Below, piece by piece: positions 58,024 through 64,000 of a stretch of DNA of 64,000 nt. Origin of the DNA: an uncultured virus (IMG/VR IMGVR_UViG_3300047481_002482). Taxonomy: Duplodnaviria > Heunggongvirae > Uroviricota > Caudoviricetes. Both the position numbers and the translations under genes were made by a program. Each line of letters opens with the position of its first letter. Position 1 is the stretch's first letter. The notes below the pieces were generated by a model that had not been told where the DNA came from, did no database searches, and saw nothing but the letters and a program-made list of their open reading frames with translations. The DNA lies in IMG/VR virus record IMGVR_UViG_3300047481_002482; one strand, given 5' to 3'.

Positions 58024-58025
58024 TC

Positions 58026-58184
58026 ATGAAACTTTGGGAAGCCACCATTAGACAACCAGGACCCGGTACCGCGGAATTCAAGGTCCGGATTGGTGCCGAA
58101 AATGCTGAAGAAGCCCGGAGATTATTACAGCAACTACACGGACCAAGATCGGTACCTTATCTACCTCGACAGGTACCACAGTAA
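58026..58184 (+). CDS. Small hypothetical protein, 52 aa (MKLWEATIRQPG...PRQVPQ), not in track
   Basis: Fills gap after phosphoesterase; EARR helix similar to the 786 ORF. Confidence 0.65.
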   Translation: MKLWEATIRQPGPGTAEFKVRIGAENAEEARRLLQQLHGPRSVPYLPRQVPQ

Positions 58185-58193
58185 TAAATATCA

Positions 58194-58560
58194 GGATTGT
58201 TGTATGAAGCGAGTGGAACAACGGGCAAGACAGGGGTTCGATTCCCCTCTGGTCCACCATAAGGAGACTGACAATGCTAGAAACTCTATTTTGGCTGGCG
58301 ATAGGTGCTTTCATAGGTTGGAATTTCCCCCAACCCGAATTCGCAAAAAGCATCCAGGCTCGAGTGATAGATATGTTCAGGAAAAAATCTTAGTCTCTTT
58401 ATGATGGGCCAGCCATGGTATCGATTGACGGTCTATTACACGAGTGGACAACAGGTCAGGCGAAGGACCTAATCCTAGCAAAACCACAAACGCCAACGAC
58501 AGCGTTTACGCAATGGCCGCTTGAGCCTGCTGAGGGTGGAAGCCCAAGAAACAGAACTTC
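58194..58560 (+). ncRNA. ssrA: Circularly permuted two-piece tmRNA (acceptor piece to 58259; coding piece from 58406; tag ANDSVYAMAA at 58492-58524)
   Basis: GAC-AGGGG-TTCGATT-CCCCT-CTGGTCC-A-CCA precedes GGGCCAG (G3-U70, A73); tag ORF ends AA-stop; outer ends approximate. Confidence 0.92.
58274..58393 (+). CDS. 39-aa membrane peptide within tmRNA intervening sequence
   Basis: AAGGAG RBS; MLETLFWLAIGAFIGWNFPQPEFAKSIQARVIDMFRKKS. Confidence 0.75.
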   Translation: MLETLFWLAIGAFIGWNFPQPEFAKSIQARVIDMFRKKS

Positions 58561-58561
58561 C

Positions 58562-58590
58562 AAAAGCCCGCTACCCGCGGGCTTTTTTTT
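58562..58590 (+). terminator. Intrinsic terminator after tmRNA
   Basis: AAAAGCCCGC-tacc(c)-GCGGGCTTTTTTTT. Confidence 0.9.
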
Positions 58591-58754
58591 GGCCGCGGTA
58601 TGGGCCTACTAAATATCTCAAGCAGCGCCGGTATCATGCCGACGCCGGATCAAATCGACGCTTGACATAGCAATGTCTTTACTGTATTATCAATACAGAA
58701 CGCCGTCCGTAAGCATCTTTGCTAGCACAACTACTCAAGTGATATGGAGACACA

Positions 58755-59663
58755 ATGATCCGTTTCTTTACGATGGTGTTATTATTCGCATTCTTTGTGC
58801 CCTCGCATGCAAAAACCATTCCAATAATCATACCATTCAGCGCAGGGGGCGTGACAGCTTTGACCTGGCAGATCATAGAACCCTATGCTAATCAAAAACT
58901 CAAACAAAACGGTATTGTTCTACGCACAGAGCATCTGCCCGGGGCTGGCGGAGGGATCGGAGCGGCTGCTGCCTTAAGGCGGCAAGAAGGTACCTTAGTT
59001 TTCACATCTACCAGTGTGGCATTGTTGCCATTGATCAATCCTGCTTTTGATTACCAATTAAGTGATTTTTCTCTGGTGAATCATGTGGGCCAATATCCAT
59101 TGGTATTGTTTGCATCGACCCAAATTAACACGTGGCAAAATCTCTTGGTCAAATGCCGTAAAGGCCCAGTTAGTTTTGGCAACAGTGGACATGGCAGCAT
59201 GACGGCGGTGACCGGTGAGGCCATATTTAGATCAATGGGTTGTAAAAGCGAAATGATACCATATAAAAGTGCCAGCCAGGCCATGCCGGATTTGGTCCAA
59301 GGAGTGATAGATACAGTGGTAGATCATCCCACGTTGCCAAACCTGGACCTGGCGCGCACTGAGAGAATCAGACCTATCATGGTGTTATGCCAAAACAGAA
59401 TTTCTGTGCTTCCTCATGTACCTTGTCACGGAGAACTTGCCATAGACACCGATTTCGCTAACTGGCATGTGCTTTTGGCCAATCAACTCATTGATCGTAG
59501 AGATATGGAAATGGTAAAACATGCGGTCAATCAAACTTTGCAAGATCAAGAGGTGCGCAGAGCTCTGCAGAAAATGGGCATGAACAACATAGGCGGCACC
59601 GTACCGACTGACTTTTTATTACGAGAGCAGCATAAATTCAGACAGAGTTTAACAACTCAATGA
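58755..59663 (+). CDS. Tripartite tricarboxylate transporter substrate-binding protein (Bug/TctC)
   Basis: Signal peptide; PFSAGG, PGAGG.IG, G.SG.GS, IPYK......DL..G. Confidence 0.85.
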   Translation: MIRFFTMVLLFAFFVPSHAKTIPIIIPFSAGGVTALTWQIIEPYANQKLKQNGIVLRTEHLPGAGGGIGAAAALRRQEGTLVFTSTSVALLPLINPAFDYQLSDFSLVNHVGQYPLVLFASTQINTWQNLLVKCRKGPVSFGNSGHGSMTAVTGEAIFRSMGCKSEMIPYKSASQAMPDLVQGVIDTVVDHPTLPNLDLARTERIRPIMVLCQNRISVLPHVPCHGELAIDTDFANWHVLLANQLIDRRDMEMVKHAVNQTLQDQEVRRALQKMGMNNIGGTVPTDFLLREQHKFRQSLTTQ

Positions 59664-60793
59664 CTCCGAGATCAATCATCCCGCATCCAGATAAGTTTGG
59701 TTTTTATCAGGTAGGCGATCGTAAATCTTACAGTAAGATCGAAGCATTAGAATGGCAAAGATCCACTGGACTCTGGCCTCAATGGAATTTCAATGCCGAG
59801 ATATTTGGAAATTTTGATTGGAAAAATGAGCCAACTACTGATCTCTGGTCGCTTTATAAAATACGGGCAAGGCAGATCAGAGAAGCATACGACTATTGTG
59901 TGATTTTTTACAGCGGTGGTTCTGACAGCCATAATCTCTTGTCGGCCTGGTTAGACGCCGGTTGCAAAGTGGACGAAATTGCCACTTTCCATTATTACTC
60001 TGGCAGCAGAGACAAGTTATCTTTCATGAACGCAGAAATTACTTTGGTTGCCTTGCCTTTCATCCAAGAACTGCAAAAAAAAATTGACTTTGAGTTCCGC
60101 CTCATCGACCTCAGCCAAGATATCATAGATTTGGTTAGAAACTTCTCTCATGATTATGGTTACATGGTGTCAAAAAATCTCTCGCCTAACAACCATGCCA
60201 AAGTGTTTTGGAGAGATCGGATTGAGGAATATCGTCGGCGTATTAGTCGCGGAGAACGCGTGTGTTTTGTCTGGGGCAGCGACAAACCTATGGTGCATTA
60301 CGATGGTAGATTCTACGTGAGATTTTTGGATATAATTGATAACTGTGTGGGACCTTATTGTCAACAGAATTTCCACAATGGTTATTTCGATGAACTGTTT
60401 TACTGGAGCGCGGATCTACCTGCCTTGATTTCTAAGCAGGCACATGTAATCCGAAGATTTTGCACGACTGTTAACGATCACCAATGGTACCAATCCAGTT
60501 TCAGCGAATTTGGATTCAATCCTGTTATACAAAAATATCTTACCGCGGATGCTGTCAAACAAATACTTTATCCAAGATGGAATGCTGACACTTTTTGTGA
60601 TGGCAAGAGTCGCAGCTTTATCTGGAGCGATCGTGACATGTGGTTCATCAACGGAAACATCAACGAAACACAGAAATTTCGTGCTTTAAGTTTGGACATC
60701 ATGACAACATTGCATCCCCAGTGGCTAAACGATCAAAACGACAAACTCAAAGGCATAAAATCTCATGTGAGCCCAAATTACTACATAGAGTAA
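59660..60793 (+). CDS. PP-loop (SGGxDS) protein
   Basis: YSGGSDS, G.DKP, E.FYW. Confidence 0.65.
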   Translation: MTPRSIIPHPDKFGFYQVGDRKSYSKIEALEWQRSTGLWPQWNFNAEIFGNFDWKNEPTTDLWSLYKIRARQIREAYDYCVIFYSGGSDSHNLLSAWLDAGCKVDEIATFHYYSGSRDKLSFMNAEITLVALPFIQELQKKIDFEFRLIDLSQDIIDLVRNFSHDYGYMVSKNLSPNNHAKVFWRDRIEEYRRRISRGERVCFVWGSDKPMVHYDGRFYVRFLDIIDNCVGPYCQQNFHNGYFDELFYWSADLPALISKQAHVIRRFCTTVNDHQWYQSSFSEFGFNPVIQKYLTADAVKQILYPRWNADTFCDGKSRSFIWSDRDMWFINGNINETQKFRALSLDIMTTLHPQWLNDQNDKLKGIKSHVSPNYYIE

Positions 60794-60802
60794 ACCAAGA
60801 GG

Positions 60803-60831
60803 TTGACCGATAAATCGTTTTTTCTTACAAT
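60803..60831 (+). promoter_or_regulatory. Sigma70 promoter
   Basis: TTGACC-N17-TACAAT. Confidence 0.75.
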
Positions 60832-60866
60832 AATTTAAGTTTGTAAACAACCGAAAGGAAAGCCCT

Positions 60867-61958
60867 ATGTCCGTAGAACATCGCACCGTTACCGCGGTTG
60901 GTGCCCGCCGAGCAGTGATGAAGTGTTTCGCCAAACGCCGCCCCATGTTCCTGTGGGGTCCTCCCGGTATTGGCAAGAGTGAAGTGGTAGCCCAGATCAC
61001 CCGAGAACTAGGTGGCTTCATGATCGATCTACGACTGGGCCAGATGGATCCCACTGATATCCGGGGTATCCCGTTCTATAACAAAGAGCTGGGCAAGATG
61101 GACTGGGCTCCACCCATCGACTTGCCGGATGCAGACCTGGCCAGCCAGTATCCCATCGTGGTCTTGTTCATGGACGAAATGAACTCGGCGGCTCCGGCTG
61201 TGCAGGCTGCGGCTTACCAGCTGGTGCTTAACCGACGAATTGGCAAATATGTGCTGCCTGACAATGTTGTGATGGTGGCCGCCGGCAACCGTGAATCGGA
61301 CAAAGGCGTGACCTATCGCATGCCCACACCGCTAGCCAATCGTTTCGTCCACGTTGAGATGCGCGCGGATTTTGCTACCTGGCAAGACTGGGCCGTGCTT
61401 AATGGCATCCACAAAGATGTGGTAGGCTATCTTTCGTTTGCCAAACAAGATCTCTATGACTTTGATGCTAAATCGTCAAGCCGTGCGTTCGCTACGCCAC
61501 GATCGTGGTGTTTTGTAAGCGAACTGCTTGAAGACGAAGATCTAGACGATGTCACTGCCACTGATCTCATCGCTGGTACCATTGGCGAGGGTTTGGCAGT
61601 TAAATTCCAGGCCCATCGTCGGATTTCCGGCAAATTGCCACGGCCCGAAGATATACTGTCGGGCAAGGAGAAAGAACTGCAGGTCAAAGAAGTTTCAGCC
61701 ATGTACAGCCTGGTGATCAGCCTGTGCTACGAGCTTAAAGATGCGCTAGAAGTGCGCAAGGTCACTGACAAAGAGTTCCACACCATGGCAGACAATTTCT
61801 TTGGCTACATGATGAAGAACTTCGAGACTGAGCTTGTGGTTATGGGTGCCCGTATCGCGCTCACGACCTACAACCTGCCGTTCCAACCTACCAAGCTCAA
61901 GAACTTCGACGAGTTCCATCAGCGGTACGGCAAGTACATCCTCCAAGCCAACTCTTAA
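60867..61958 (+). CDS. MoxR-like AAA+ ATPase
   Basis: GPPGIGKS Walker A, FMDE Walker B, AAGN, LANRF, TPRSW. Confidence 0.92.
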   Translation: MSVEHRTVTAVGARRAVMKCFAKRRPMFLWGPPGIGKSEVVAQITRELGGFMIDLRLGQMDPTDIRGIPFYNKELGKMDWAPPIDLPDADLASQYPIVVLFMDEMNSAAPAVQAAAYQLVLNRRIGKYVLPDNVVMVAAGNRESDKGVTYRMPTPLANRFVHVEMRADFATWQDWAVLNGIHKDVVGYLSFAKQDLYDFDAKSSSRAFATPRSWCFVSELLEDEDLDDVTATDLIAGTIGEGLAVKFQAHRRISGKLPRPEDILSGKEKELQVKEVSAMYSLVISLCYELKDALEVRKVTDKEFHTMADNFFGYMMKNFETELVVMGARIALTTYNLPFQPTKLKNFDEFHQRYGKYILQANS

Positions 61959-62000
61959 CTGTCAACAGGGTGGGATCCATACCGCAAGGGACATAGGGCT

Positions 62001-62240
62001 ATGTCGGATCCTGCCCTCCCCACATCCATAGTCCGGATCGAGTTCCGGCCATATAGCCATCAAGAAGTTCAAGATCTACTACGCGAGGTCACTCTGGATT
62101 TTGGTCCACCGGGCAGTCAGCGGAGATGGCAGTTTGTCACTGCCCAGACTCCGGATACCCAGACCAATCTCTGGATCGTGGATTTCCATTTCCGCGACGC
62201 CAATGATGCTGTGATATTCGGCCTTAAGTATCAGAAATGA
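62001..62240 (+). CDS. Small hypothetical protein (F.D..DA..F.L family)
   Basis: C-terminal [14 protein letters not shown]. Confidence 0.65.
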   Translation: MSDPALPTSIVRIEFRPYSHQEVQDLLREVTLDFGPPGSQRRWQFVTAQTPDTQTNLWIVDFHFRDANDAVIFGLKYQK

Positions 62241-62241
62241 T

Positions 62242-63402
62242 CTAGCGGAGCAATATTTTTTTAACCAATGGTAGGTTCTGTGGTAACACGACTTCTCTAC
62301 CATCCACTCTGCCATTGTTCCAGATTCTTAGGCAAGTATCAAAATTGTTCACTAACTCTTCCACGATTGTTTGCCGGAATTCATTGAAGAAATGCTGTTT
62401 GTTAAATAATAAGACAGGCAGCATGTCTTGGTACAAATCATCCAATTCTTTCCTAGACAGAGCACACAATTTTTCTATGATGTTTACAATCATGTCTGAT
62501 CTCCGATCGACATCGGCTACCGAATCATAGGATTCATCCCACCAACGATCAAAAGTTTTGAATCCATAACTGCGTAAATAAGCCAGATTGCCCGGAGCCG
62601 CTGCCAATACAAAAGGTCTCAAAGCCACAATAGGTTTGAAAACTTTTTCTGTGAGATGTAATTTAGAGTGGTAAAAAACTGTCTCATTTACAACATGTAC
62701 AAATGAATTTTGCCATAGTGCATAGGTTCGATGATTAAAACATGCACTACTGGTTCCATCTATCTCTACCTTGTCTACTATCAATGGCCATTGCTTCGCC
62801 ATCTCTGCACATTGCGACATCAGTTTTTTATCATTGTCTGTGATCAAACTAGATGGACAATTGATTTCTTGTTGTAAATCGGATTGATTGGCGTGTAAAC
62901 TTATGTCGCCAAAAGGGTGCAGTTGTTTCAGCAAAAATCTGCATACCAGGGACATTCGATAGGCTCGAAAATTTCGTGACAGATGATTAAGGCTGCAGAA
63001 TACCTTGGTTGGTTGTATGTTAGTGTCAATAAATCTGCTGTCCGCAAACCAATCAAGTGCTGCGAACCCATGATAGAAAAAGTACCAATCCATCATTCCG
63101 TATTGTCGACAAATCTTTTTTTTGATGGCAGAATGCTCGCTGTTGGCAAGGATAGTAACAATTTTACTGGGTGATGTTCTCAAGAGGCTGAGATACAACA
63201 CTCCAAGGTCGTCTGACCAGATTGGTTCCTGATCGAAATGATATAGCACATGGTGCTCCTGCTTGCACTCAGGTCTACCGCTGTATTGAAACTGACTAAG
63301 TCGGTCTTTTGTACCAAAAGGATAGTAATACCAAGTATCCAGACCCGATGGTTTGAGAAGATTACTGTGCAAAATCCAGTATAAATTTTCAATCGAAGGC
63401 AT
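62242..63402 (-). CDS. Glycosyltransferase-like protein (TEK.FKP family)
   Basis: HVVNET.F....HLTEKVFKPI...RPF.......L..LR.YGFKTF..WWDESYD. Confidence 0.55.
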   Translation of the reverse strand: MPSIENLYWILHSNLLKPSGLDTWYYYPFGTKDRLSQFQYSGRPECKQEHHVLYHFDQEPIWSDDLGVLYLSLLRTSPSKIVTILANSEHSAIKKKICRQYGMMDWYFFYHGFAALDWFADSRFIDTNIQPTKVFCSLNHLSRNFRAYRMSLVCRFLLKQLHPFGDISLHANQSDLQQEINCPSSLITDNDKKLMSQCAEMAKQWPLIVDKVEIDGTSSACFNHRTYALWQNSFVHVVNETVFYHSKLHLTEKVFKPIVALRPFVLAAAPGNLAYLRSYGFKTFDRWWDESYDSVADVDRRSDMIVNIIEKLCALSRKELDDLYQDMLPVLLFNKQHFFNEFRQTIVEELVNNFDTCLRIWNNGRVDGREVVLPQNLPLVKKILLR

Positions 63403-63444
63403 ATCGTATGTATTTCACTTGATTCCTGCCTGCATTTATCCAGG

Positions 63445-63473
63445 TTGACCGGAAATTACTGAAATCGTATAAT
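63445..63473 (+). promoter_or_regulatory. Sigma70 promoter
   Basis: TTGACC-N17-TATAAT. Confidence 0.8.
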
Positions 63474-63494
63474 AATTAAAATTAAGGAGCAATC

Positions 63495-64000
63495 ATGACA
63501 ACACCATCCGCAGTAGATACCGCCAATCGAGATGATGCCAAACGGTTCGCCAATCTCATCGGCCCTATGGATTCCAAATTAGATCGCGAAGTGCGCGAGA
63601 TGCTGGTCACTGCCCGGGTGGGTATGTTGCTCCGTGCTTCGTTCTTTGGTAATCTGGCCACCCGACTACGACTGGTCAATGCAGATGAATGGTGTGCCAC
63701 GGCTGCTACCGATGGAAGGAATTTCTATTACAACAGCCGATTCATCAAGATGCTCAAACCCAAAGAGATCGAGTTCTTGTTTGGTCATGAAGTGCTCCAT
63801 TGTGTGTATGACCACTTTGGCCGCAGAGGTGAGCGTGACCCGCAGTTATGGAACATCGCCAACGATTTCTGCGTAAATGGTGATCTCAAGAAGCACCGTG
63901 TGGGTGAGTTTATCACTTCGGTGCCTTGCCTGTATGATCAAAAATACGAAGGCAAAAGCTCCGAAGAGATCTACGACATCTTGTACGAAAACGCCGAAAA
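63495..64000 (+). CDS. HExxH metallopeptidase-domain protein, typical MoxR partner (runs off window)
   Basis: TAAGGAG RBS; FFG.LA..L, TAATDG, HEVLH, WN.A.D..VN. Confidence 0.85.
   Translation, partial: MTTPSAVDTANRDDAKRFANLIGPMDSKLDREVREMLVTARVGMLLRASFFGNLATRLRLVNADEWCATAATDGRNFYYNSRFIKMLKPKEIEFLFGHEVLHCVYDHFGRRGERDPQLWNIANDFCVNGDLKKHRVGEFITSVPCLYDQKYEGKSSEEIYDILYENAE

Noticed and set aside
58090..58612. Track ORFs 58090-58404 and 58415-58612
   Set aside because: They overlap the tmRNA pieces and better-supported small ORFs in other frames

Overview
This window looks like a 64-kb segment of a large (jumbo-type) tailed dsDNA phage. It is almost all + strand and densely packed, with both sigma70-type and T4-late-like (TAAATA) promoters. 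The host is probably a betaproteobacterium, inferred from the AhcY, AhpC/AhpD, Bug-family and GroEL sequences. Core content: head-associated proteins, family B DNA polymerase, a clamp-like protein, RNase H-type 5'-3' exonuclease, a 7-deazaguanine DNA-modification pathway (DpdA/TGT-like, FolE, QueD, QueE, a DpdL-like T-fold protein; no QueC seen here), a long glycan/methylation cluster, stress and host-takeover genes (groES/EL, ahpC/D, rpoZ, cutA, nth), transporters, tRNAs, and a MoxR ATPase plus metallopeptidase. The most unusual signals are non-coding and absent from the ORF track: (1) a leaderless 43-codon leader peptide coupled to an antiterminator/terminator in front of the tRNA array, which looks like a translation-sensing attenuator; (2) a permuted two-piece tmRNA whose intervening loop encodes a small membrane protein; (3) a tRNA-Asp split by a ~295-nt insert carrying another membrane protein gene; (4) a preQ1-I-like riboswitch variant upstream of queD; (5) a probable AUC start codon and pseudoknot on the polymerase; (6) several unexplained structured RNAs. 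All family calls come from motif recognition by eye; no searches were run.
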